The notes beneath the pieces were generated by a model. It was not told the DNA's origin. It was given only the letters and a program-made list of their open reading frames with translations, and ran no database searches. Below are positions 38,006-48,400 of a stretch of 64,000 nt of DNA, piece after piece. Position 1 is the first letter of the stretch, and each line of letters begins with the position of its first letter. Location of the stretch: contig CAWBNQ010000003.1 of assembly GCA_963790205.1 (NCBI GenBank), positions 96,001-160,000 on the forward strand, in the 5' to 3' direction. Source of the stretch: Nitrospirota bacterium. Its GTDB lineage: Bacteria > Nitrospirota > UBA9217. Made by a program: the position numbers and the translations under genes.

Positions 38006-39667
38006 ATGGCATCAGTGAACAGACTGCCCCGTTCGCCCTGGAGGGCGATGATCGAAAGCGCGTTTTACGCAAATTCGGTCCGAAAGACCAGCATGGCCGA
38101 GCTCTACAAGCTTGCGCTCAAACAGCCTGAGGTAATGGCCACGGCCCATCCTTTTTACAAGCCGTCCCAATACGGTTTGCCGAAGGACGCAAAAGTGCTC
38201 GTCTCGAACGACGGCGGAATCGTGGGCCGGACCGCCCGGGCCAGGAGGCTTGTGCGCGAGATGGGCAAGGACCGCGACAAATACCTTCGCATCCTGGGAG
38301 AAGTCACCTTTCAGCTCAACAAGCGCGAAAGCCTGTGGCTCGAGGCCATCGTAGGACTCCACAAAGACTTCATGGTCAAGGCCCATATCCTGAGCCCGGC
38401 CACGGACGCAAAGAACATGTTCGACTGGGGATGCAACTTCACACCCTGGATGAAGCCGTGGAGCGAGGCATATAAAAAATCGAAGAAGCTCGATGAACCG
38501 GACATCCTGGTGATAGCAGATCCCGAGTGGTCAGATCCGGAATTCCCGAGCGGGCTGGTGATCATCGACGAGGAGGAGAACTGCATCGCCATCCTCGGGC
38601 TGCGCTATTTCGGCGAGAGAAAGAAGGGCACCTTGACGCTCGCCTGGACCATCGGCGTGCGGCTCAACATGGTGGCCTGCCACGGCGGCATCAAGACCAT
38701 CGGCAATTACCCGCCCGTGGCCGTGTTCGGGCTTTCCGGCTCCGGCAAGTCGTCACTTACGAACAGCCTCGACCACGACGGCCTGCTCAAGAAGAACGAA
38801 AAGGTCACCGTGATCCACGACGACGCGTTCCTGATCGGGCTTGATGAAAATCTGACGGTAGCGCTCGAGCCCTCCCTCTTCGACAAGACCGATGCCGTCA
38901 AATTCCGCGACCCCATCATCAAATACTTCTATTCGGCCCAGAACGTGGCGGTGACCGACGTCGGGAACGGCAAGCGAGAGATCGTCGGCGAGGACATCCG
39001 GAACGACAACGGCCGGTGCATCAAGTCCCGCGACATGTTCAGCATAGCCGATTCCTGCAGCCGGCCCGGACAGCTCATCTGGCTCCAGAAGGACCAGTCC
39101 CTGCCGCCGGTGATGAAGGTGGCCGACAAGGGCCTGGCGGTCGCCATGGGAGCGTCGCTCTCGACGCTTCGCGCCAAGGGCGTGGAAAACGTTCCCAAGG
39201 AGGAACTGGCGAAGCTCGTGATCGAGCCCTTTGCCAACCCCTTCCGGGTCCATCCGCTCATGGAGGACTGCCGCCAGTTCCTGAAGCTCTTCAAGCTCGG
39301 CACGGAGTGCTTCATCATGAACACGGGACACTTCGGCGTGCCCGGCGAGGAGCTCAAGGTCCCCAAGGAACTCTCCCTGTCCATCCTGACGCAGATGGTG
39401 CGCGGCAGGATCGAGTGGCGCGAGTGGAAGTCCTTCCCGGGTCTTTTCCTGCCCGCGAACGGCATCGACCTTTTCGGCTCGGACTACGACAAGAAATTCA
39501 AACCGTCCCGGAACCCCGAGTATCTCCAGTTCCTCCGCAACCGGATGCAGGACCGCATCACCTTCCTGTCGAACAAGCGCGACATCGAGCGCGACATGGA
39601 GAGCGCGTTCATCGACCCGCTCGTGGCCGCGAGGACGGTGATCGACAAGATATTGAACCCGATATAA
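38006..39667 (+). CDS. pckA: Phosphoenolpyruvate carboxykinase (ATP)-like protein
   Basis: YFGERKKG, CHGG, FGLSGSGKS, IHDD, NGRC, ANPF, MNTG. Confidence 0.8.
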   Translation: MASVNRLPRSPWRAMIESAFYANSVRKTSMAELYKLALKQPEVMATAHPFYKPSQYGLPKDAKVLVSNDGGIVGRTARARRLVREMGKDRDKYLRILGEVTFQLNKRESLWLEAIVGLHKDFMVKAHILSPATDAKNMFDWGCNFTPWMKPWSEAYKKSKKLDEPDILVIADPEWSDPEFPSGLVIIDEEENCIAILGLRYFGERKKGTLTLAWTIGVRLNMVACHGGIKTIGNYPPVAVFGLSGSGKSSLTNSLDHDGLLKKNEKVTVIHDDAFLIGLDENLTVALEPSLFDKTDAVKFRDPIIKYFYSAQNVAVTDVGNGKREIVGEDIRNDNGRCIKSRDMFSIADSCSRPGQLIWLQKDQSLPPVMKVADKGLAVAMGASLSTLRAKGVENVPKEELAKLVIEPFANPFRVHPLMEDCRQFLKLFKLGTECFIMNTGHFGVPGEELKVPKELSLSILTQMVRGRIEWREWKSFPGLFLPANGIDLFGSDYDKKFKPSRNPEYLQFLRNRMQDRITFLSNKRDIERDMESAFIDPLVAARTVIDKILNPI

Positions 39668-39729
39668 ACTTTTTGCCACAGAGGGCACCCCCGGTTCAAG
39701 CATTCGGGGGCAGGCGCCAAGAAAATCGA

Positions 39730-39762
39730 AAGGCCGGGGCGGTAAATGCTCCGGCCTTTTTT
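39730..39762 (+). terminator. Intrinsic terminator after pckA
   Basis: AAGGCCGGGGC-ggtaaat-GCTCCGGCCTTTTTT. Confidence 0.7.
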
Positions 39763-39832
39763 GCGTTTTCCTGCATAGACAAATGGTATCCTAGTTGGTA
39801 TAATAGTGTTACAAAATACAAGGAGGTATGCC

Positions 39833-40069
39833 ATGACTATATCAAAGGCTACCATTAAAGGACAAGTGCTTATTCCCGCCAGGCTCAGAAAAAAGTTTAA
39901 TATTAAAAAAGGCACCCGCGTCGCCATATCGGAAGGGGAGGGGAACGTCATCCTGATAAAACCGGTCCCCGACGACCCGATCGAGGCGTCCCGGGGAATG
40001 CTGAAGGGCAAAACATCGATGACGAAGGCCCTGCTGAAGGACCGGCACGAGGAGGCGAAGCGTGGATAG
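39833..40069 (+). CDS. AbrB/MazE/SpoVT family antitoxin
   Basis: KGQVLIPARLRKKFNIKKG; AGGAGG RBS; overlaps the toxin gene. Confidence 0.9.
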   Translation: MTISKATIKGQVLIPARLRKKFNIKKGTRVAISEGEGNVILIKPVPDDPIEASRGMLKGKTSMTKALLKDRHEEAKRG

Positions 40070-40466
40070 TTCCTACGTCCTCGACAGCTATGCGCTCATT
40101 GCACACCTGGAGGACGAAGCCGGGGGAGAGCAGGTCAGAAAGATTCTTAGGGCAGCTAAGGCAGGGAAGACAAAACTCTATCTTTCAGCGATCAATCTCG
40201 GCGAGCTCTATTACAATACGTTCAGGGAGCGGGGCCGGGAAAAAGCGGACGAAGTGGTGTTCATCACGGAACAACTGCCCATTACTATTGTAAATGCCGA
40301 TATGACTATTACCCTGGAAGCCGCGCGACTGAAGGGCAAGCATCCTGTCGCTTACGCGGACTGTTTTGCCGCGGCGCTCGGAGTTCAAAAAAAGGCCAAG
40401 GTGGTGACGGGCGATCCGGAATTCAAGAAGTACGGTGAGACCGTGTCTGTTGAATGGATCGGATGA
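40062..40466 (+). CDS. vapC: VapC family PIN-domain toxin
   Basis: VLDSYA, NLGE, YADC, VTGDPEF. Confidence 0.9.
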   Translation: MDSSYVLDSYALIAHLEDEAGGEQVRKILRAAKAGKTKLYLSAINLGELYYNTFRERGREKADEVVFITEQLPITIVNADMTITLEAARLKGKHPVAYADCFAAALGVQKKAKVVTGDPEFKKYGETVSVEWIG

Positions 40467-40648
40467 AGACGCATCCCGACAGTTCATCCGGTTGGCCGGA
40501 ATATGAGGCGATGAACCATACTTGGAGGGGATCGGACTGGTCGATCCGAGGACCCGCGAGCCCATCCGCTCGACATGGGATGGGCTTGAACGTTTCCACT
40601 GATTTTAAAATCGGTAAATAATTCGTTTTGTATGATGCGACGCAAACC

Positions 40649-40717
40649 ATCTAACCATTCGTGTAAGTCACTTAAGCCGACGCCGCTTCGCGTCGCGGCT
40701 TATTTCAGGCGTTCTCA
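40649..40717 (+). other. Degenerate integron attC-like site
   Basis: TCTAAC...TAAGCCGACGCCGCTTCGCGTCGCGGCTTATTTCAGGCGTT, close to the classic short attC pattern. Confidence 0.6.
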
Positions 40718-40720
40718 ATT

Positions 40721-41464
40721 ATGAAAGCGACCTTTCTCGGCACAAACGGCTGGTACGACACTGCAACCGGCAACACGGTCTGCATCCTGATCGAGACCGA
40801 ACGGTACGACATCGTGCTCGACGCGGGAACCGGCATCCACAAGCTCGACAGCTACGCGTCCGGCCGGAAGCCCGTGTTCATTTTCCTGAGCCATTTTCAT
40901 TTGGACCATATTGCGGGCCTTCACATCCTGGGAAAATTCAAGTTCGAACAGGTGCTTGTGATCTGCGGTCCAGAAGGTACGAAAAAAGTCCTCTCCATGC
41001 TCATCAATCAACCGTTTACCATGCCCTTTGCCCAGTTGGAGTATCGCACAGAGCTCCTTGAGCTTCCCGCTGAAATAAACAAACTTCCTTTCAATGTTGA
41101 GGCGCTGCCGCTCAAGCACGCTTCCTTCACGCTTGGTTACCGGTTCAGGATCGATGGGAAGATCGTTGCTTATTGCCCGGACACGGGTTTTTGCGAGAAT
41201 GCCCTCAGGCTTGCCGCGGATGCCGATCTGCTTATCACCGAATGCGCGTACCGGCCGGGACAGACGGTCGAGAGCTGGCCGCATCTTAACCCCGAGACCG
41301 CTGCGCGGATCGCCGTAGAAGCGCGCGCCAAGCGGCTCCATCTCGTCCACTTTGATGCCAGCCTTTATCCCGCACTTGATGACAGAAGACTTGCCGAGGA
41401 AACCGCAAAGAAGATCTTTCCGAGGACCGTCGCATCGCTCGACGGCATGCAGGTCGAGATTTAA
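40721..41464 (+). CDS. MBL-fold hydrolase, RNase Z-like
   Basis: FLGTNG, DAGTG, SHFHLDH, PDTG, EC.Y, WPH, VHF. Confidence 0.85.
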   Translation: MKATFLGTNGWYDTATGNTVCILIETERYDIVLDAGTGIHKLDSYASGRKPVFIFLSHFHLDHIAGLHILGKFKFEQVLVICGPEGTKKVLSMLINQPFTMPFAQLEYRTELLELPAEINKLPFNVEALPLKHASFTLGYRFRIDGKIVAYCPDTGFCENALRLAADADLLITECAYRPGQTVESWPHLNPETAARIAVEARAKRLHLVHFDASLYPALDDRRLAEETAKKIFPRTVASLDGMQVEI

Positions 41465-41649
41465 GCGTGATCCCTTTTCAGGAAGCTCAATATCCTCTGC
41501 ACCGCCGCTCACAGGTCCGCGCAGGGGTCCTCGCCAGGCGGTGTCCACGTCGTTATTTATTTGCTACAATAATAAGAGACGCTGTATTCGGCCCGTGTTC
41601 ATAATATGTATATGTACAACCGTGGTTACAGGATTATCGAGGTTGATCC

Positions 41650-43407
41650 ATGAAAAACCAGCAGATAGCAAAGATATTCACCGAAATCGCCGACCTTCTT
41701 GAGCTCAAGGGCGAGAACGTGTTCCGTATCAGGGCCTATCGCAGGGCAGCACAGAACATCGACGGACTGTCCAGGGACGCGGCAACGCTTTCGGACAAGG
41801 ACCTTACCGCGATCCCCGGCATTGGCCCGGACCTGGCCGCCAAGATCAAGGAATTTATCGCAACAGGACGGATAGCGGCGCATGAGAAGCTCAAAACAGA
41901 GATCCCCGAAGGCGTTCTCGCGCTCTTGAAAGTGCCCGGTCTCGGCCCGAAAAAGGCGAAGCAGTTTTATGATTTGCTCAAGATAAAGAGCATCGACGAA
42001 CTCGAAGCAGCGATAAAAAAGGGCAAGCTCGCGGGTCTGCCGGGGGTCCAGAAAAAAACGGAGGAAAACATCCTGAAAGGGATCGAACTTTTGAAGCGGG
42101 GAACGGACCGGCGGCCGCTGGGCCGCGTGCTGCCGCTGGCAGAGGATATTATCGCTCGGATGAAGGATGGCGCGCCGGTGGGCAGGATCGAAGTCGCAGG
42201 AAGCATCAGGCGTTGGAAGGAGACGGTGAAAGACATCGACATTCTTACCACCTCGAAGAACGCCGGGAAAGTTATGGATGTTTTCGTGAAGCTCCCCCAG
42301 GTGAGCAGGGTGCTCGCGCATGGCGAGACCAAGTCATCGATCATCACCGATGAAGGCATCCAGGTGGACCTGCGGGTCGTGGAAGAAGACTCCTTTGGCG
42401 CGGCGCTCGCATATTTCACCGGGAGCAAGCAGCACAATATCAAGCTCAGGGAGATGGCGGTCCGGGCAGGCCTCAAGATCAACGAATACGGCGTGTTCAA
42501 GGGGCCGGGCGGGCAGAAGATCGGCGGCAAACAGGAGGAGGACGTTTACAAGGCGCTCAAGCTCCCCTTTATTCCGCCTGAACTGAGAGAAGACACCGGA
42601 GAGATCGATGCGGCCCTGGCGGGTAAGCTCCCGGATCTCGTGACCGTGGAAGACATCAAAGGCGATTTGCACGTGCATACGAAATGGTCGGATGGAAGCC
42701 ACGACCTCGATACCGTGGTAGAAGCCGCAAAGAAGAAAGGCTATCAGTACATTGCCATCACGGACCATACCAAGGGCCTCGGGGTGGCACACGGGCTTGA
42801 TGAGAAACGGCTCGCTGAGGAGATCATGCTCATTGATGAAGCGAATGCAAAACTTTCTGGATTCAAGATCCTAAAAGGCACGGAGATCGACATCCGTTCG
42901 GACGGCAGGCTCGATCTCCCCGACAAAACACTGGCCGGTCTCGATATCGTGGTGGCGTCGATCCATTCGGGCTTTAAGCAAACGGAGGAGCAGATCACGA
43001 AGCGGCTTCTCTCGGCCATCAGAAACCCTTATGTAAGCGTGATCGCCCATCCAACGGGACGGCTTCTCGGCGAGCGCGACGCCTATGCAATGGACATGCA
43101 GGCGGTGCTCAAGGAGGCCGCGAAGTACGGTGTCGCCATGGAGGTAAACGCCTATCCGCTCCGGCTCGATTTGAATGATCTTCATATCAAAATGGCAAAG
43201 CAGTACGGCGTCCCGATCGTGATCAATACCGATACCCATGTCACCAGTCAGTTCGACTTCATTACCTATGGCGTAGCAGTAGCCCGCAGAGGATGGGTGG
43301 AAAAGAAGGAGGTGTTGAATACATTGCCCTATGAACAGCTCATCGGGAGATTGAATGCGACGAGGGAGCGGAAGCTGAAAAAAGCGGCGCCGCGGAGCGC
43401 GCCGTGA
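41650..43407 (+). CDS. polX: DNA polymerase X with PHP domain
   Basis: GENVFRIRAY, AGSIRR.KETVKDID, FTGSKQHN, GDLHVHT.WSDG, AHPTGR, NTDTH. Confidence 0.96.
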   Translation: MKNQQIAKIFTEIADLLELKGENVFRIRAYRRAAQNIDGLSRDAATLSDKDLTAIPGIGPDLAAKIKEFIATGRIAAHEKLKTEIPEGVLALLKVPGLGPKKAKQFYDLLKIKSIDELEAAIKKGKLAGLPGVQKKTEENILKGIELLKRGTDRRPLGRVLPLAEDIIARMKDGAPVGRIEVAGSIRRWKETVKDIDILTTSKNAGKVMDVFVKLPQVSRVLAHGETKSSIITDEGIQVDLRVVEEDSFGAALAYFTGSKQHNIKLREMAVRAGLKINEYGVFKGPGGQKIGGKQEEDVYKALKLPFIPPELREDTGEIDAALAGKLPDLVTVEDIKGDLHVHTKWSDGSHDLDTVVEAAKKKGYQYIAITDHTKGLGVAHGLDEKRLAEEIMLIDEANAKLSGFKILKGTEIDIRSDGRLDLPDKTLAGLDIVVASIHSGFKQTEEQITKRLLSAIRNPYVSVIAHPTGRLLGERDAYAMDMQAVLKEAAKYGVAMEVNAYPLRLDLNDLHIKMAKQYGVPIVINTDTHVTSQFDFITYGVAVARRGWVEKKEVLNTLPYEQLIGRLNATRERKLKKAAPRSAP

Positions 43408-43473
43408 GCAGCGGGAAAGAGGAAGGGGTGGAATCGATCATCGTTTCTACGAGCTTGTGCAAAGGAGGTCATC

Positions 43474-43860
43474 ATGGCCAAGATGAAAAATAAATGCAGG
43501 GAGGTTCTGGATAAAGCGGAATGGATAGCGATTGCAACATCGGGTCATGACGGTCCCCATCTTGCAGGCACCTGGGGAGAATATGTCAGGGCCCTTGGCG
43601 TAAAGAACGACGAAGTCTTTCTCGTGCCTGCCGGCGGCCTGATAAAGACCGAGCAGAACCTCGCGGCTGATAAGAGAATCGAAATACTCTTCGGATCAAG
43701 ACAGGTGCAGGGCACTCATGGCCCGGGAAAGGGATGCAAGATCAGGGGAACCGGCCAGCTTCAGACCTCCGGCGAGCTGTTCGACGCCGCCAGAAAAAAA
43801 TTCCCCTGGGCAAGAGGCGTGCTTGTCATAAAGGCCGAAGAAGTGAGCGAACAACTCTGA
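43474..43860 (+). CDS. Pyridoxamine 5'-phosphate oxidase-like FMN-binding protein
   Basis: AIAT...GPHL..TW, PAGG..KTEQNL, GPGKG..I.GTG. Confidence 0.8.
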   Translation: MAKMKNKCREVLDKAEWIAIATSGHDGPHLAGTWGEYVRALGVKNDEVFLVPAGGLIKTEQNLAADKRIEILFGSRQVQGTHGPGKGCKIRGTGQLQTSGELFDAARKKFPWARGVLVIKAEEVSEQL

Positions 43861-43961
43861 TTTCGAACACAAGAGAGGATGCTTTTCATAAAACGGGCGC
43901 CATTGGCGGAGGTTTTTACTGATGAAGTTTATCGTCTCGACAAACTTGCAAATTCCCATCG

Positions 43962-44612
43962 TTACCCCTTCCTGATCTGGCAGCTTTTGAGCGTTCCTTC
44001 TATTTCCGCCTTGAGGCTGTTGAAATTTCCCCTGCCTTTCGTCCTGATGACCACCTTCCGAAAGCCTTCTTTCACCCCTTCGTAGGAGGTGAGGATGCCC
44101 TGGAGGCGGAAATTGTGCTTTCGGACGATGTCCGCAACCTCCTTGATCGAACCTGGCCGGTCCTCGATGGTTACGCAGATCCGGTTCCCGCCGTGCCGGA
44201 CTCCCGTAATGTCCACAAGTGCGCGAAAGATGTCCTTGTCCGAGATGATGCCGGCGAGGACTCCCTCATCGATCACCGGGAGGCAGCCAATATCGGAATC
44301 CATCATCACCATTGCCGCTTCTTCCACCGGCGTGTTGGAGATTGTCGTCATGACCTTTGTTGTCATGATCTCCCGGATCCTCGTTTTGGCGAGGATATAG
44401 TGCAGCTCATAAATATCGAGGGACGTGGCCTTTGACGGGCTGTACTCTTTGATGTCCCGGTCAGAGACGATACCTTTCAGTTTTCCGCCCTTGACGACAA
44501 GGACGTGTTTGATGCGCCTCTCTTTCATCAGCGTGAGCGCGTCGGAAAGATAAGCGTCAGGCTCGACACTCAACACCTTTTTCGTCATCCAGTCCGAAAC
44601 GTACATAGTCAC
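43962..44612 (-). CDS. CBS-pair plus ACT domain protein (AcuB-like)
   Basis: Two CBS repeats, EDRPG ACT motif; start may be 44606. Confidence 0.88.
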   Translation of the reverse strand: MTMYVSDWMTKKVLSVEPDAYLSDALTLMKERRIKHVLVVKGGKLKGIVSDRDIKEYSPSKATSLDIYELHYILAKTRIREIMTTKVMTTISNTPVEEAAMVMMDSDIGCLPVIDEGVLAGIISDKDIFRALVDITGVRHGGNRICVTIEDRPGSIKEVADIVRKHNFRLQGILTSYEGVKEGFRKVVIRTKGRGNFNSLKAEIEGTLKSCQIRKG

Positions 44613-44706
44613 CTCCGTGTGATTCGAGAACTTGGGAAGTTGGGAAGACAGGGGTTGTGTGCTGCTCTCACCTTCTCACCTTCCTCTCTTCGCAATTTCC
44701 GTCTTT

Positions 44707-45411
44707 TCACATTCCCAGATACGCTTTCCTCACATGTTCGTTGCCAAGCAGCGCCCCACTCTTGTCCTCGAGCACGACCCTGCCCGTCTCCAGGACGTAC
44801 CCCCGGTCCGCGATCTTCAGCGACTGAAACACGTTCTGCTCCACGAGCAGGACCGTGACCCCCTGGTTCCTGATCCCGGCAATGATCTCGAAGATGGATT
44901 TCACCAGGAGCGGCGAAAGGCCGAGCGACGGCTCGTCGAGCAGGAGCAGTTTCGGGTCCGCCATGAGTCCCCGCGCGATGGCCAGCATCTGCTGCTCGCC
45001 ACCGGACAAAGTCCCGCCCAGCTGTTTTTCCCGCTCTTTGAGCCGCGGGAACATCGCGAAGACACGGTCCGTGTTCTCGCCTCTTTTTCTTCGCGCCCTT
45101 TTGATAAAGGACCCCATCCTGAGGTTTTCGATGACCGTCATCTGCGGAAATATTCTTCTGCCTTCAGGCACCTGGACAATGCCGAGTTCCACCACTTCAT
45201 GCGCGGCGAGCTTCCCGAGGTCAATGCCGTTGAACGTGATGCTGCCGTGAGCGCGCGTCACGAGCCTCGAAATGTTCTTGAGGAGCGTTGATTTGCCCGC
45301 CCCGTTCGCCCCGACGACCGTGACGATCTCGTCTTTTTTTATCGCTACGTTCACGTCCCCGAGCACTTTCAGGTCGCCGTAGCTGAAATTCAGGTCCCTG
45401 ATCTCAAGCAT
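44707..45411 (-). CDS. livF: Branched-chain amino acid ABC transporter ATPase
   Basis: GANGAGKST, VPEGRRIF, LSGGEQQM, DEPSLGL, VEQN. Confidence 0.93.
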   Translation of the reverse strand: MLEIRDLNFSYGDLKVLGDVNVAIKKDEIVTVVGANGAGKSTLLKNISRLVTRAHGSITFNGIDLGKLAAHEVVELGIVQVPEGRRIFPQMTVIENLRMGSFIKRARRKRGENTDRVFAMFPRLKEREKQLGGTLSGGEQQMLAIARGLMADPKLLLLDEPSLGLSPLLVKSIFEIIAGIRNQGVTVLLVEQNVFQSLKIADRGYVLETGRVVLEDKSGALLGNEHVRKAYLGM

Positions 45412-46123
45412 GGCTCTCCCCGAGATAGGCGCGAACGACCGCCTCGTTCGAGACGACCTCCCGAGGCGCGCCCTCGGCCAGTTTCTCGCCCGAGTTCAGG
45501 ACCACGATCCGGTCCGAGATGCGCATGATCGCTTTCATGTTGTGCTCGATGACCATCTGGGTGATCCCGAGCTTTTTGATGTCGAGGATCAGGCCGATGA
45601 TCTCCTCGCTTTCCGCGGGATTGAGGCCGCCCATGACCTCATCCAGGAGCAGCAGCCTGGGCCGTGTGGCCAGGACGCGCGCCACTTCGAGCTTCTTGCG
45701 CTCGCCGATGGGCAGGCTGCCGGCGCGGAAGTCCGCACGGCGCTCCAGGTGGACCACCCTGACCTGCTCCAGGGCCATTTCTCTCGCTGTTTTTATCGAG
45801 TTCGTGCGGCAAAGCGCGCCGACCATGACGTTGTCCACGACGCTCATTTTGGCGAGCGGCCGCGCCTTCTGCCAGGTGCGGGCCATGCCGAGCTTGCACA
45901 CGGCGTCGGGATGCAGGCCGTTCATGCGCCTGTTGTCGAACAGCACCTCACCCCGGGAGGGAGGGTAATAGCCGGTGATGCAGTTGAACAGCGTGGTCTT
46001 CCCCGCGCCATTCGGGCCGATCAGACCCATGATCATCCCCTGGTTCACTTCGAAGGAGATCTCGGAATTGGCGGCCAGACCGCCGAAAAACTTGCTGACG
46101 CGTCTGATTTCGAGTAGCGCCAT
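45404..46123 (-). CDS. livG: Branched-chain amino acid ABC transporter ATPase
   Basis: FGGLAA, GPNGAGKTT, LLLDE, IEH, AYLG; start ATG 46123 after GGAGG. Confidence 0.93.
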   Translation of the reverse strand: MALLEIRRVSKFFGGLAANSEISFEVNQGMIMGLIGPNGAGKTTLFNCITGYYPPSRGEVLFDNRRMNGLHPDAVCKLGMARTWQKARPLAKMSVVDNVMVGALCRTNSIKTAREMALEQVRVVHLERRADFRAGSLPIGERKKLEVARVLATRPRLLLLDEVMGGLNPAESEEIIGLILDIKKLGITQMVIEHNMKAIMRISDRIVVLNSGEKLAEGAPREVVSNEAVVRAYLGESHA

Positions 46124-47217
46124 CAGGCCGCCTCCTTTCGTTTTTTTGTCGTGATCTTCTTGATGAAGCCGAGTATTCCCTCGGGCATGAACAGGATCAC
46201 GACGACGAGAAGGATGCCGTAAATGAGCACATGGGCATGGGACAGCTGCTCCTTGAGAAAGGAACCCACTGCTGAATTCTCTTGTACCAGACCCGAATCG
46301 ATCAGGGCCTGGGCGATCACGTTGCTGCGCAGGGCCTCGGAAAACGGGACCAGTACGGCTGCGCCGATCATGGGCCCGAAGATCGTGCCGATGCCGCCGA
46401 TAATGCAGGTCATGACGATCTGGACCGACAGTCCCAGGTCCAGGACCGTGCCCGGATCGATGAATCCGACATAAAGTCCGTAGAGACTGCCAGCCAGGGA
46501 AGTAAAGATCGCGGAGAGCGACAGGGCGATGTTCTTGTACAGCGTCAGATTGATACCCAGTGAATGCGCCGCGTCCTGGTCCTCCCTGATCGCCTGAAAA
46601 TAGTAGCCGAGCTTGGAATTCTGTACCAGCCATGTTACGAGGATGACAGCGAGCGCGATGACGAGCCCGGAATAGTAAAAGGGCACCTTGGACAGGAAAT
46701 CGGTGACAACGGCATTGCCGATCTTGAGCGGCGGGATATCCGTAATAAGGATGCCTTCGGCGCCGTTCGTCAGGTCTTTCAGGTTGAGGGCCGAGACCCG
46801 GAAGATCTCGGCAACGGCGATGGACGCGAGGACGAAGTAGGGGCCGCGAAGACGGAAACAGATGGACCCGATGACCAGTCCGGTGGCCATTGCAACAGCG
46901 ACGCCGGCCCAGATGCCGAACCAGGGAGCGATGTGCCGGTATTGCAGCAGGACCATCGTGGTGTACGCGCCCACGCCGAAGTACGCCGCATGGCCCACAG
47001 AGTACTGGCCGGTATAGCCTCCCAAAATGTTCCAGGCTGATCCTGTAATGACGCTGATGAAGATCAGGATCATGATGTGGAGCGCGTAGGTGCTCGTCAC
47101 GAATTTCGGCAAAGCGAACAGCAGAGCGATGGCCGCGATGCCGAACAGGACCGGAAGAGCGCTGATACTTCGATTATTGTTTCGTAAGCTCTTCATGTGC
47201 GGATGACCGAATAGCAT
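46123..47217 (-). CDS. livM: Branched-chain amino acid ABC transporter permease
   Basis: GYTGQYSVGHAAYFGVGAY, LRGPYF, AIRED, GGIGT, PEG; start uncertain (47196-47217). Confidence 0.9.
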   Translation of the reverse strand: MLFGHPHMKSLRNNNRSISALPVLFGIAAIALLFALPKFVTSTYALHIMILIFISVITGSAWNILGGYTGQYSVGHAAYFGVGAYTTMVLLQYRHIAPWFGIWAGVAVAMATGLVIGSICFRLRGPYFVLASIAVAEIFRVSALNLKDLTNGAEGILITDIPPLKIGNAVVTDFLSKVPFYYSGLVIALAVILVTWLVQNSKLGYYFQAIREDQDAAHSLGINLTLYKNIALSLSAIFTSLAGSLYGLYVGFIDPGTVLDLGLSVQIVMTCIIGGIGTIFGPMIGAAVLVPFSEALRSNVIAQALIDSGLVQENSAVGSFLKEQLSHAHVLIYGILLVVVILFMPEGILGFIKKITTKKRKEAA

Positions 47218-47221
47218 GGTG

Positions 47222-47322
47222 AACCACGAAGACCGCGAAGTCCGTGAAAAAGCGCACGGCAGGAGTTATTCCTGAGTTCCCTTGATTGTTTCACCTTCGT
47301 GCGCTTCGTGTCCTTCGCGGTA
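47222..47322. repeat. Inverted repeat with 9-nt periodic arms (same family as 23259-23355)
   Basis: AACCACGAAGACCGCGAAGTCCGTGAA ... TTCGTGCGCTTCGTGTCCTTCGCGGTA. Confidence 0.75.
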
Positions 47323-47347
47323 AAGAGTTTCCACTTCAATAAAGCAA

Positions 47348-48214
47348 TCAATCCTTCGACGTGCCCAAAAGACCGGAGGGTCTGAACAGAAGGACCAGCA
47401 GGAAGAGGACGAACACGATAACGTCCTTCCAACCCGATCCGATATACACGCCGCCGACCGACTCTGCAACGCCGATGAGCACACCTCCGAGCGTCGCGCC
47501 GACGATACTGCCCATCCCGCCGAGCACGGTTATCACGAATGCTTTGAGCGTGAAGACGCTCCCCACCTGCGGAAAGATATAGTAGGTGGGAGATATCAGC
47601 GCGCCCGCCGTGCCGGCAAGGGCCGACCCGATCCCAAAGGCGATCATCGACATGCGCCTGACATTGATCCCCATAAGCTGCGCCGCCTCTCGGTCCTGGG
47701 CCGTGGCCCTGATGGCCTGGCCCATGTCGGTCCGGTACAGGAACCAGTACAGGGCCGCGGTGATGGCGATGGTGATGGCAAAGGAAACGACCAGCGGCTC
47801 GGAGACCGAGATGCTCAGGATGGTGACGCTGCTGGAGGAATAGGTCGTGGACAAGATCTTGTAATCCGATGTGAAGGCAAGCATGATCGTATTGCTCATG
47901 ATCAGGCCCATACCGATGGTCAGCAGGATCTGGTTCTGGGGCAGCGCGTTGAGCGCGCGGTTAATGAAGACTTTCTGGAGAAATGCGCCGTACAGGAACA
48001 TGAGCGGGATGGTAATGATGATGGAGACAAAGGGATCGATATGAAAAAAAGTGAACAAAAAATAAGTGCCGTACATGCCGATCATCAGGATGTCGCCGTG
48101 GGCGAAGTTGATCACCCGCATGACGCCGAAGATGATGGTCAGGCCGATACCGATCAGCGCGTATACGCCGCCGATCAGGATGCCGCTGATGAGAGATTGT
48201 AAGAAGACCGCCAT
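47348..48214 (-). CDS. livH: Branched-chain amino acid ABC transporter permease
   Basis: YALIGIGLTIIFGV..INFAHG, GQAIRA, GGMGS, RPSGLLG. Confidence 0.93.
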   Translation of the reverse strand: MAVFLQSLISGILIGGVYALIGIGLTIIFGVMRVINFAHGDILMIGMYGTYFLFTFFHIDPFVSIIITIPLMFLYGAFLQKVFINRALNALPQNQILLTIGMGLIMSNTIMLAFTSDYKILSTTYSSSSVTILSISVSEPLVVSFAITIAITAALYWFLYRTDMGQAIRATAQDREAAQLMGINVRRMSMIAFGIGSALAGTAGALISPTYYIFPQVGSVFTLKAFVITVLGGMGSIVGATLGGVLIGVAESVGGVYIGSGWKDVIVFVLFLLVLLFRPSGLLGTSKD

Positions 48215-48256
48215 AGATCTTTCAGCTTTGATAAACTCGGAACAAATATAAAACTA

Positions 48257-48332
48257 TGACACGGATAAGATCGGATTAAACTTCCGGAAAAATCCGGACC
48301 CTTCCGGGTTTTATCCGTGAAAATCCGTGTCA
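48257..48332. repeat. Inverted repeat between livH and livK
   Basis: TGACACGGATAAGATCGGAT ... ATCCGTGAAAATCCGTGTCA. Confidence 0.7.
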
Positions 48333-48400
48333 AGGCAGTTAGTCTTTTAATTCAATTTCAAAAAAAAGAAGCGGGCCATAGGTCCGCTCCTCACGAAGCG

